Shown: in pieces, positions 40,254 through 52,713 of the stretch | How the letters are laid out: each line of letters opens with the position of its first letter | Position numbering within the stretch: the stretch's first letter is position 1 | DNA from: Paramecium tetraurelia | Lineage: Eukaryota | DNA: 64,000 nucleotides | Assembly (NCBI GenBank): GCA_000165425.1 | Contig: CT868010.1 | Location: 62,001 to 126,000, forward strand | Direction: 5' to 3' | The notes under the pieces: model-generated | The model's database searches: none | The model's input: only the letters and a program-made list of their open reading frames with translations | What the model was told of the DNA's origin: nothing | Program-made: the position numbers and the translations under genes

Positions 40254-40533
40254 ATAATGACTGTTATGATTTATATATTGAATGCATATATCATATAATA
40301 GTTTGCACTGAATTCTTATAACACCAATAAAATTAATTTTTGAATGAAAGTGAAAACCCCTTAACTTCTTGAGACTCCAGCCTCCCTCTTATCTCTGTCT
40401 GGATCGATCCTGAAAGCGAATGAAGAATTAAGGAAACTGTGAATTTTAATTTCTTTTTTAATAATTATGTAAATGTTTTACTAAAATAACTTATACTGAA
40501 TCAATAAACATTGAATAAACATAAAGTGCACAT

Positions 40534-41798
40534 TCAATAAGTTAAGAATAATACTATGAAAGTAATATCATCAATTAAACTATTGCATTTTTGCATCCAA
40601 CTGTTGCAAGCACTCAACAATAACTGATTGCAAGCCCCCTCAATGTTTGATGTATCATAATATGGGGAGATGCAATTTATTATTTGGTCATCGCTCAGGA
40701 ACTCAAATAACCCATCACTCCCCAATACTATCACCTTGTCACTCCTCTCCAAATCAAATTACAAGATCTCAGGCTTATCACTGACTCCTACTGAATGCGC
40801 TATTTCATCACCTAATGATCTTGTCATTGCTAAACCAGGCACGTTCTGATTTGTCCACACTCTCAGAGGACCCACAAAAAGACCCAAACTGTTCATTAGA
40901 GGATCTATCCTGCCTCCATTAGCCAGTATTCGATCAGCTTCATCTTTACAACTTGGTTTGTGATCTCTTGACAATGGTTTCATTTTCCATTTATCTTCTC
41001 TACTCAATAGAATGGCCCTGGAATCTCCCAAATTTGCACAATAAATCTAACCATATCAACAATACAATAACCTTATTATTTTAAACATACACTATCACCA
41101 GAGTAGACCCTGAAAACGAAATATCAATATGACTCTACTGTAACATGTCAGACAGTCCTTAAATTATGATCATCAAGCCTTGGGAAGAACTAAATTTATA
41201 TTTCATCTTTTGTACTTCCTCTCCAACATCATTTTATTCTTGGAAACCAATATGGGCAATTGAGTTTTTATCAACCCACTTACCAAATGTCCAAGTTCTC
41301 CATGTCCATCGCAAATTGCAAAAAGATGAATGCACTCATTGTTTTCAATCTTCGCACAACACACATAGGCATCCTGATTCACTTTAGATGCATTGCCCAA
41401 TTAGACTCCCTTTCTAGTTCTAACTGCGTATTTGGCTTTGAATCTAAAACTATCATCAGGAATCAATCTCGATTGAACCTTTACTAATTCTAAATAAAAG
41501 CGATACTCAAATTGTTTTGAAACTACACTTTTTCTTAGTGAAAATTTCTTGGTCTTACTTTAAATGATGTGATCAATGAGGATTGTGGTGAATTCTTCGA
41601 TTCTTGAAAACTTATCTATGCCTTCTTCTTTTAGGGGGTAAATTATGGGAGAATAGTTCTAGGGGATGAACGTTGATAATAGGATGAATTCTCGAAATAC
41701 TAGTTTTTAACATATAAGGATGTTTCAAGTTTGAGAGGAGTGAGAATCAAATTAACCTTCTTTTATTATTTGCCCTTTGAGAGATTATATTAATTCAT
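40534..41798 (-). CDS. Protein phosphatase 2C
   Basis: KVNQDAY, FAICDGHG, ANLGDSRA, SRDHKP, GLAMTRSLGD, LGSDGLFE, DDIT. Confidence 0.95.
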
Positions 41799-41977
41799 TT
41801 ATTTCATATTATATTCTAAAATAATATTGGCTTCATCTTTGATAAATTGGAACTACTATTAATTTTAGCAATTATCAATATAATCTTAATTAATTGATAG
41901 TTATATATATCTATATATAATTATTCCTAATTGTAAAACATTTAATAAAATCTTGGGTGTAATTTAACATAGATATA

Positions 41978-43266
41978 TCAAGCTTCAACCTTATTTATGA
42001 TTTCTACAGTATCTCCAGGACTACATAGATTAGCACATGGATATAAATCTTAACTAGTATCCAAATTCATGGTCTATTGTTATTTAATATTGGTGATTAC
42101 AAATTTAATCTCTGTTTTCTTCTTCTGCCAAGTGATTTTCTTTTTTGGGATGTCCACTTCTATCACGATGATGTCTCCAACTCCAAAATCGAATGATTTA
42201 TGGGCCGAATTCAAGTCTTTCTAGAGGTGTGACCATGAGTATGCATTGTTTGATATGAGATAGGATCTACAATATGGACATGACATTACCCATGACCAAT
42301 ATTAGTATAATTGAACTTATAATTAGCACTCACAATCACTTCTCTATGACAAACACCAACTCCAATCCAGCCAGCATATTTAATTACTTTGAAACCAAAT
42401 TTGAAGACTCCATTCTTCGGAATGCATGGTTCGCAAATAGTAAATCTCTGTCCATTGGATTCAGAAGTCTTCTATTCAGCAATCAAGTTTTGTCCTGATA
42501 TTGGTAATGTTGGCACCCTTAAATTGCGGGAGAAAATGAAAATGAAATTGATTGCACTAAATCAACAGCCGTTATGGGTTGAGCTCTAAACAAATTACCC
42601 AGGTTCTCAACTTTCACGTCCAACTCATTTTGTAAATCGATCAATTGATCATTCAGCTGTCCAACCTGAATTTTGCATGCATTCATAATTGCAGAATCAA
42701 TGCTCTGTCTACTCGCTATTCCATTACTGAAGACGAATTATTATAGAATTTATCTAAATAATGAGTTTGAATACTGAATATTCTTTTTGTATTGTTGAAA
42801 ATCAGTGTAGCTGGAGACTGAGTCTAAAAGATAGTGGATTGGGATCTTAGAACTAGCAAAGGCTTTCAGCTGATTTTTGAGATCCAAATAATAGGTATCC
42901 AACTTCTTAATTAACTATTTCGATGTATTCTCCAATGCCTCAATGAATTTTTGCACCTAATTTGATTAGAATTTAGTATTCATACAGTTCGCAAACACTC
43001 GTTATGCTATCGATCTAGAAAGAGCGAGACATCGAAGATGCTGTTATAATTCTACTCGCCAGTATTATTATGAGCAGTCTCGACTAATTGCAACATGATT
43101 TTGATTGGCAAAGTTTGATGATTCTGATGATCTGCATGTTCGCAAAGAGCTTTAATTTAAAAAAGTTGAATTTACGACAAATTAATACAGTCTCATTACA
43201 AGATTTATCAGTGCAGATGATGGAAAGCACATGTCCATTATGAATGGGGCAAGGGAAATAATTCAT
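41978..43266 (-). CDS. B-box-like/coiled-coil/SPRY-like protein
   Basis: CPIH..SIICTDKSC...LICPLC..H..H; C-terminal WIGVGVC...FGVGDIIVIEVD..KITW...LYPCANL. Confidence 0.75.
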
Positions 43267-43367
43267 AATTCAATATTTTATATTTTATATATACAACCCA
43301 TTGAAATTTTTAAAAGTATTACACTTAGTATTAAATAAAATCAATAAAATTTAATGATACTCATTTC

Positions 43368-46300
43368 TCAGGGTGGCTAACGCTTTTGAGGTTAATTGGA
43401 ACGATGAGGTTGCACAGATTGCTATGGCTTCCCTTATGGTTTATTCTAAGGTTTATGCTATGGCTTTTGTTAAGGTCTAGAATTGGCTTTCCTTCTATTT
43501 TTATCTACATAATAGGAAGATAGATAATACCAGAATCTGAATCCTCGTCTTCATCATCCTCATCCTGATCACTAATTTTATTGAGATCCAGAACATCAGA
43601 TAGATCCTCATCGTCATCATCATCATCACCATCATCATCTCCATCCTCGTCATCTTCTGTGAAATCAGAATCATCATCCCCATCATCACCCTAAATGATT
43701 AACAAATACATATTACAGATTCCCCAGGTGAGAATTCACTATCACCAGCCTCTGGATCATCCTCTTCATCGCCTTCTTCCTCACTCTCTGCCAGAATATT
43801 GGTCCATCCTCCATCTTAAACAAATCCTGGAATGTCCTTCTAGATTTATCCAAGGACATTCTTCCAAACCAAGTTTTAACCCACTTCGAAAAAGAGAAGG
43901 TTCATCTACTTTAGAATTAATAAAATACTCTATCTAACCAATTCTTGACTCCTTCCAGATCTTTGATATCTATACTCTCGATTCTGAGTACTTGTTTATC
44001 GTAGTTCTTGAATACAAACACAAGATCAAAGGATTTGATGCCTGGAATGATACGTTCGAAACAACAGATTTCTACTTCATTTAGTGTTAAAATAAAGAAT
44101 GGACTCTCAACAACATTCATCAAAGTATCACGAGTTGGTTATAAGAATAATCTGGCTCTGTTCCAATTACCTTCAAATCCCAAATCTCTAAATGGTTTTT
44201 CAAATGATATCTTATAATCTGCTCCCAACTCCTCAATAGTCTTAATGAAAACTTCAAATTCCTTTGCCATCTTTCTTCTGTGCATCCTCAATCTTTCCTC
44301 CTCCTCAATTTCATCCTCATCATTTCTATTAGTCTTCTTTCTACCTTCCAAATGTTCTACTGCACCACCAACTTCACAATAGAATTGAACATCATGTGTC
44401 TTACGTTTGCCCAATACGATTGGAGAATGCAAATGAAAATGCAAAGCAGCTATAATATCCTATTCTGGACTTTAATATATGTAATGCTTAATGTTTTTGA
44501 ATACAATATCCAATTGTTCCTTATTAGAATGGATATAACGGAATCCATTGGTATGAACTTCAAGAATACCTGCTGCCTTTCCAGATCCAAAAGTAGGTCT
44601 CACCTTCAAATCCTTAAAAATTGGTTTTCTACCTCCTTTATTAAGTATCAATGGTTCCATCTCTCCTACATTTTGCTTCTCTCTCTCCACCTACTACTCG
44701 GTCTTGACTTTCTTTTGTAATGATTTAATTTAAAGAATCAAATTCTATGGACGATCAGACTTCTTAGATCTATATTGTAATTCCTTAATGAATATGGTTT
44801 CACCATCAACCTTTGGAAACTGAATCTATCCAGCTGTAGTCTCTGAAGTGAAGAAGTTAATTCTGATTGATGATCCCATCTTGCCCTCATCAATTTTACT
44901 CACATTCTTTATACAAGATACATGGAATGGTATATGAGTTCCCATCAATGGTACCAAAAGAGCACACTTTTAATTGTCAATATAAATCTATCCCTTTTAG
45001 AGTTCTTTTGGATATTGCTCTGGTCTTTAGTAACATAGCAATTTGTCCAATTCCAAGGCTTTTACTTCTTATTGATTTTAAACAAATTGATCTTATTCTA
45101 ATCTTTATTCTAATTCTGTTTATTTATCCTTGGCTAACTTCTCCTAATGAATCTGTCTCTATTTTTCATTCTCTCTTTGAATCTAGATTTATTAATTACG
45201 AGGTCTTGCTCGTATGGGTTTATCCTTATCTGTTTAGACTGGGGCTGGTTTTCTTTCAGGTTCGTCTTCCTCTTACAATTAATAAGATATTTATTTGTAA
45301 GCCTTAGGAATTTGTTAGGTGGTGATGGTTGTAGCACCATTGGTGATTACAATCACATCGCCTACTTAAACTGTGTAGGTGATATTTTTTTATCCGTTCT
45401 GGACATTCTCTAAAGATACATTGACAAAATAGACTTCTCCTTTGGTCACAACATGAGTGGATTTTTCGTTTATGGTCAAACAGGATTCCTTCAATTCAAG
45501 TCCTATTCCATATCCAAAGGAGGTAGGCAATTATAAATTTTATAAGTTGAGTTCCTGCAATTTGTATTACAACAGTTGGAGGGACTCTTTGAAGACCACA
45601 TTTAGAGATACGCCAATTGTCATCAATGTTATGATTTTGCTTTGGACTTCCAAAATTGCATTATAGAGTTTCTTCTAAATTTCAGTGGGATTTATAAAGA
45701 GTGTACGGATACAATTGGTGTTATACTCGTTGACTTAGGTACCAAGTTGGATTATGATTACATCTGAGGAGAGATAGTCCTTATTGGGGCCATCCACTTA
45801 CTAGTAATTGCCTCCACTCTATATTATTGGTGTGTATGCAAAATCATAGAGACCATCTTACAATCCGATCTCTTTCATGACTTTTTGCTTATCATTTTCC
45901 AAAGATTACTCAACTTTCTTGGCCAAGTCTTGGTGAGTGATTCTTGTGCCAACATCTATTGAATCTTCTATCTGTTTGATCAATTTCTTAAATAGGCGGG
46001 TAGTCAATTGTGAAGATTGCTATATAAATCCCTACTCTTAATCATCTTTAACCGCTAAGACATCACTAATCAATTAATTGGCATCCACTATTTATTACCA
46101 TCCCTTATACTCATACCATTCCGCTGCCAAACTCCCTGCCTATTTTTCAGTAGTGGGCATTCCCAACTTCACATTTCCTAATTTCTGTCGAATCTTATCA
46201 AATGATTCTCGATTGTCATTCCCCTTCTTGTAAAAATGAACCTCGAATTTGCCACTCAATTTCTACTTGGTCTCCTCCATCATCTGAACTAGAAACTCAC

Positions 46301-46565
46301 TCAATAATCTTACGTTTCTTATCACTTGCCAAGTAAAAAATCTATTTCTTCGTGGCCAAAAACACTGTCTCAATCATGTCGTATCCAAACAGCCAAACAA
46401 ACAAGGCCTTCGTCTTCGGTTTGATCGATCCGTCCTCCTTACCAGATAATATACAAATTGCTGGAACGTCCTAATTCACTATACAAATTGATATACCTCA
46501 TTGAGTCTACTCACCAATTACTCCAAATGTCTTTAGAACACATCTGCTATGATCTTTTTATCCAT
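43368..46565 (-). CDS. SPT16: FACT complex subunit SPT16
   Basis: WLFGYDMIET; GILEVHTNGFRY; HFHLHSPIVLGKRKTHDVQFY; SPFFILTLNEVEICCFERI; SFDLVFVFKNY; acidic tail. Confidence 0.97.
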
Positions 46566-46911
46566 TATTTAATTAATTTAATTCATGCAAATAAATTTTT
46601 AACATGTTTTTACCCAACCAAATCAAATACTTATTTCAATGAGAATATTTAATTACCCTACTTTTCAGCACTCACTATATGAATAATTAAAAAATCTTAT
46701 ATTTTTATATTTTTTCAACAAAATCCGCTAAAATTCTGGCCAATACCACAGAACACAAATTCTATTAAATTCCAATTAATTAAAGAAATCCATATATTCC
46801 TAACGAGTTCCCCTACTTCCCAATCCGTATCAGTATCAATCAGATACTGAGGTGCTATTTATTTTATAAATTAATCGAAATATAATTAACTTTTCATTAT
46901 AAAATTAATAA

Positions 46912-47832
46912 ATGAAATTCAAGCTAGTACACAACAAAGAAATCCATCTTGTCAAACTAGACAACCCAACACTTTCAGCACTCAAAGCACACGTTAAGAA
47001 GGTTTATCCATAAATTGATACAAACTTCAAATTAACATACTTTGATAATGAAAATGATGAAATCTCTCTTAGTTGCTAAGAAGATTTACAAGTTCTAGTC
47101 GATGAAGCTCATCAAGCTGTTAAACTATATGTGGTGGTACCTCAAAAACCAGAAAAGATGGTTCATCCCAATCATACATGTGATGGCTGTTAAAAGCACC
47201 CTATCGTTGGTGCTAGATTTAAATGTCTTGAATGTCCAGATTACGACTTATGTGAATCATGTCAATCTAAGAACATCCACAATAACCATAAGTCATTCAA
47301 AATTAGTAACTTTGAAGAACTTGAAGATTTCTAAAGATCCTAACCAAAAAAGACTAGACCATTTCCTCAATAACAATTTCATCATGTCGGACCATTCCCT
47401 CATATCTTTAACCACTTTATGTAGATAATTGAAAACCCCAAATTCAAGGAATTCAAAGAAACAGCCGGCACAGTTGCCTCAGACTTACTCAATGTGATTA
47501 AGACTTAAATCGACAACCATAAAGTTCAAGAATAAGAAACACCATAAGAATAGACCTAATACGATTTTTATGCATCCTAAGTTGATTCGACTTAACAATC
47601 CAAGGAGGAACCCTGCATCTCATAAACTGAGATCTAAGAGCCAGTCTAAGTACCAGTTGAAGTCTAAGAGCCAGTCCAAGTCTAAGAGCCAATTGATTGT
47701 GAGATGGAATAGAAGATCAAAAAATTAGCAGAGATCATCGATTGCAGCGAAGCATTAGCCAGAGAATACGTGGAACTGTTTAAAGAATTGCCTTTGGACG
47801 AGATTGTTGACATAATATATAACTAAAAATGA
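46912..47832 (+). CDS. PB1-ZZ-(UBA-like) protein, p62/SQSTM1/NBR1-like
   Basis: PB1 [54 protein letters not shown]; QEPVQ repeats; short helical C-terminal domain; intronless 306 aa. Confidence 0.8.
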
Positions 47833-47845
47833 TGATTTATTATTT

Positions 47846-48668
47846 ATGAATTATCAAAGCTATAATAATTGTGCTGGATATATTTCATCTCCTGAACTCC
47901 CTTGGTCATAGAGGAAATAAGGCTCAGAGGGTGAATTTGAACCACAAGACGAATAAATATTAGAAGAAACCAATTCTAAATTTTAAAGTAAATTCTCTTT
48001 TGAGGAACAACCTATCATACTGATCTCCCAGGGCTTAAATCCTAGTGCCTCTCAAAACTCTATAAACGATGAAGTGCAACCGTAAATGATGTAAATCGAA
48101 ATCCTCAGTCCCTCTAAATTATTAAGAACTAGCAAAGAAATTAAGAGCACTTGCTCAATTGATAGCAAGCCTTAAACAACTTCAATACAAGAAGAGTTGA
48201 TTGTGAATTCAAGGACTAGAAGGAAAACAAGCAAAGCTAACTATAATGTAAATAATTCAGTTTAATTAATCCAAGGTTGATGAGTCTCCTACTCTGGACT
48301 CAGAAATTAAACCTTGTCATTGTTCTAAAACTAACTGTTTACAATTATACTGTTCCTGCTTTCACAATAGAAGATAATGTACTTAAGAATGCAAATGCTG
48401 TGATTGTTATAATGATGGACAACATACAGATGAAGTTCTTAAGGCAGTTGAACAAATCAAAATCAAGGAATAAAGGGCCTCGCATCACGATCTTGATTCT
48501 TTTGACACTAGATAAGTGTGGGGATGCAAATGCAAAAAGACTAAATGTGTTAAAGGATATTGCGAATGCTTTATTAGAAATAAAAAATGCAGTTCCCACT
48601 GCCATTGTTCAGATTGCCAAAATAAAAAATAAAAAACATATCAACACAAGAAAATTAAAAAAATATGA
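47846..48668 (+). CDS. Tesmin/TSO1/LIN-54-like CRC (CXC) domain protein
   Basis: KPCHCSKTNCLQLYCSCFHNRRQCTQECKCCDCYN and GCKCKKTKCVKGYCECFIRNKKCSSHCHCSDCQN. Confidence 0.92.
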
Positions 48669-48973
48669 TTTATTATATGAATAATTATCTTTCTCAAGAT
48701 TTATTAAATAATGGTAGAACATTTTATAAAATGGTATTTATTGCTGAATATTAATAAAATTATATAAAATGCATTATAAGAGAAGATCTTAATTAATAAT
48801 GCTGAAAATTAGATAACGGGCATCAATTAATTTAACTATATATCAATCCTATTATTATTAAAATATGTAATTAGTAAAGATTTGAGAGAAGGTATTAAAA
48901 GAAGTATATACAAATGAATCCATTTATCAAAAGTAATTGGTTTATTGGATTCTAAATTAATATAGTTATAGTA

Positions 48974-50638
48974 TCAATAATCCCAGTCATGTATAAAATT
49001 GTGCCTCTCTGAATTTTAAGCTTGTTCTGAGAATGTCAATTTCAAATCCAAATCACAGTTTTCAGTCCTCAAACTAGCTTTAGGGACTGGTTACTTTCTC
49101 TGTATTACTTACTACCAATTCACATTCTTAAACCAAGGGTGGTTTTTGAGTTCTTCTGCATCCTCTTTAGATCCTAATCTTTTTGATTAGTTCTTCTCCA
49201 AAAGTCTCATTAAGAGATCCCATAAGTCATCACTAATATTCTATGGCCTTGGTGGATCAGTGTTCTTAATATTTTTGTACATAGTATTTCTATCTCTCTC
49301 ATAGAATGGAGGTTTGCCATGAACCAATTCATAAATAAATACTCCAAATAAGTACCAGTCTAATGGATACCCATGACCACTTTTATCTAACATTTCTGGT
49401 GCTAAGTAAGCATAACTTCCACAAAAACTAGTGGCTCTTTGAGCATTCAATTCTTTTGATAATCCAAAGTCCGTCAACAAAGCATGACCATCTTTATCAA
49501 TAACAACATTTGAAGGCTTTAGATCTCTATAAACAATGCAATTTTAGTGTAATGTTTCCAAGGCCAATAGTATTTCACATGCATAAGCCTTCGCAGCTTT
49601 TTCAGGTAGTTTGCCTCTCTCATTCATTAATTATTCCAAATCTCCTCCTGGACAGTAATCCAAAATCATATAAAGTTTATTTTCAGTCTAAAATGCATGA
49701 TGTAATTTAACTATAAATGGAGAGGTAACATAGGTTAATATTTTTCTCTCAGTTTAAATATATCTAACTATCCCTGCAGCTTATATTTTTTTTTTGAATA
49801 AAATCTTCATAGCATAATAATTAGTATTCCCTTTTCTTTAGACCAAATACACTTATCCGAAAGATCCTTTACCCAATTAGCTTAGGACTGAGAAATCTTA
49901 GGGACCAACTTATTGAATTTCAACTCGACTAACCTTAACTTAACTTGCTTATGTGCTTTGTCGATCTGAGAGTTTTAGTAAATTTTTGATGTGATCATTC
50001 CTATTGTGTATTCCTCTGAAAGACTTTTTCTGATAATCTTGATAAAGTCCTCTTTTTTCAAATATCTCTAAAGTCTGTTAATCTAATCCCAAATCGTAAG
50101 CATTGAAATTAAAATGATTTCTAACATTGTAATCGGCTCCATTGTCCAATAAGAGCTCTATAATTTCTTTGTTGCCATATTGAGACGCAAGGTGCAAGGG
50201 AGAATTGTATTAATAATCGAATAAATTCACAGTGGCGCCATGTTAGAGGAATAATTTGCAGATTTATAAATACCCTTTCAGAGCTGCGATGTGCAATGGG
50301 GTTCTTTATTATACATTAGTTATGTCTGGTTTAGCTTGATGTTCTAGCAATATTCTACATGAATCAAAATGACCTTCCATAGCTGCATAGTGGAGACATG
50401 ACCATTACTCTTCCAATTTCATATTGATATCAATCGGTAAATGGTATTTTGGTGATAGTAGAATTTGTAACTATTCGACATCATTTTCTTATGCAGCAGT
50501 ACATAATAATTTATGAGTTTCGAAAAGTTGCTGCCAATAGAGTTCCCAATGTTAAGTTTTATTGAGTTTGATACTAGAAGATTTGACTTCATAAAGAATA
50601 GATCCTTCATCTAAGTCTTTTATAGTAATCTGATCCAT
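48974..50638 (-). CDS. Ankyrin-repeat AGC-family Ser/Thr kinase
   Basis: SCLHYAA/TPLHIAA/SPLHLAS ankyrins; LGKGSFGQV, YAMK, YRDLKPSN, TDFGLSK, SFCGSYAYLAPE. Confidence 0.93.
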
Positions 50639-50670
50639 TATTAGATCCAAAATTTTTATTAAAAAAATTA

Positions 50671-51253
50671 ATGGAACCACGGCCAATGATTAGTTTTATG
50701 AAGTAGAAATACCTCATAAACGAAAGGGATATACCACAAGATTCCTTTGCAACAAGTATTGACTAGTATTTCAAGCGAACTAAAAAACGAATTTATGGCT
50801 TCACCTTGACGAGTATATCAATGGAATTCTAATTAAATAGGTCTCTTTTTTTTGATTTTACTCATTCCATCCATAGTCTTGCAGCAGGAGTCTTAAGAAG
50901 TAGTCGTTTTTCCTGAGAAGGGGGGATCATTCACTGTGAAAGATTAACTTAATCCTCCAATAAGTTTGGAGATTATTTCGAGTGAATCCTATTTATTGTT
51001 GGATGTCCAACTTTTTATAGATGGCCATGAAATAGAATAATTTACAATCGATAAGAAAATGAACACTAATTCAACACACAAAATTGCTAGCAATAAATCC
51101 TTTAAAATTAGTAAAAATTTAATGATGGTAGCAGTTAGATTAATTTCATAGTTTAGCTATGTGCCCAGATCGTATTTAATTATTTAAACAATAATGGTCG
51201 TTCTCTCCTTATTGTATCTAATTTAAGAAATTTTGAGAAAACCAAAAATTTGA
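50671..51253 (+). CDS. Hypothetical two-TM protein
   Basis: Open with two introns; TMs near N- and C-termini; divergent from the kinase across 32 bp. Confidence 0.6.
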
Positions 51254-51293
51254 TTATATTTCTGTTTAATATGTACTTACTATAAAACAAATT

Positions 51294-52713
51294 TCATTCC
51301 AACTTCTTTGACTTCCCATCCTTGGATCTTCCATCCTTCTGACCATATTAGGTGATGTTGAAGAAGAAGAAAATCACCAAAATTACAATATGAGGAATCC
51401 AATAAAAACTACTGTGCAACTCTACTGCCTTCTCCCATTGTAATACACGAACAGCCGTTGCGAAATGATCAAATGTCAATATACCAAACACCCAAGCCAA
51501 GAGATGTCTTACTGGTTGTGGGATACTAAAGGATAGTAATATAAATTTACAAATAAAATCTTCTCTGAGCCTTGTAAAAATACTTGTATACTTACCCTGT
51601 GATGGCCCAAAAGATAAAGAATAAATAGTAACTTAGATAAAATCCATGCCTATTAATATCAATTGCACATGTTACCAAAGACTACTAATCATGAAGACAA
51701 GGTAGAATGTCAAACTGCCAAATCTCTTTTAAAGACGATCGTAGAAACAATATTTCAACCAATTTTGAATATTGCAATTCCACTTCTATGTTTTGATGAC
51801 CACATTCTTCTCTAATTCAAAAGAGTAATCAAATACAACCCATAGATCATTTTTCTCTATAAATTCATTTACTTGTTTTTACTTGTCTTATCATTGTAAG
51901 TCAATCCCATAGCATCCATTCCTGCTTGTGTGAAGTAGAAAGCAGCAATATAAGTGAATCTAGCACAGGGAGTGATAAGGAAGGTCATCGCAAATTTAAA
52001 CCATAAACTGTATTGAGTTCTCCACTCTTCCGAATAGTACCAATCAGTATCTAAATGAGGCCTTATTAGCAATTCTGCCATACTCACTGCTAAGGCCTTA
52101 AGGAATGAAATCAAAGCAAACTTAGGAGAATAATGAGTATAATCTGTCCTTCTCTCTATGAGACTCACAAATGCATAGTAGGGAATTGGTGCCACAACTA
52201 GATTGGGAAACATGAAAATGTATGACAAATACATCATAAAAGATGTTTTACCTTATACCTTTCCATCCTACTTGTCACAAGCATAAAATATGTATCTTGC
52301 TGTCAACAACATTTGAATTGCATTATAGTCCATTCTCCAACTCAAGTACTGATAGATGAGTCGATAGATGTGCACAAAGGAGAGAATTGCAAATGCAACG
52401 ATGGACACCGGCAATGCACATTTTTTAAAGATTTATGCAATAAAATAAACTGCTATTGTCCATCCTAACATAAGAGGAAACCACTCTTTGCACACTATTA
52501 CTGAAAAGAACATTCCCAAGAAAAGGTTGAAATAAAGTCTTCCCGTTGGACTCTTGATGTAATGGAACACAAATCCAAGGGGAGTACAAATTATCTATAA
52601 TTATAGCTATTTATTACCATATAGAGAAGAATCACGAAAAGATCAATCTCGAAGTTGATGAAATTGATCTTTTGCAATTGCTCTTCCAATATATTGACAA
52701 ATTGGATGATCAT
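51294..52713 (-). CDS. MBOAT lysophospholipid acyltransferase (LPCAT3/Ale1-like)
   Basis: WNCNIQNWLKYCFYDR, VFMISSLW..HGFYLSYY; C-terminal SKKLE (KKxx ER-retrieval signal). Confidence 0.88.

Noticed and set aside
40350..40362. AAAACCCC as a telomere seed or telomerase RNA template
   Set aside because: Single copy, and no upstream UGUCA boundary element typical of ciliate telomerase RNA
43501..43689. Met-rich ORF (MMMGMMIL...)
   Set aside because: Shifted frame of the GAT-rich acidic tail of SPT16
44008..45666. Several plus-strand ORFs up to 146 aa
   Set aside because: Antisense shadows of SPT16
47630..47695. Short tandem repeats (TCTAAGAGCCAG) as a possible CRISPR-like array
   Set aside because: In-frame QEPVQV peptide repeats with no unique spacers; eukaryotic context
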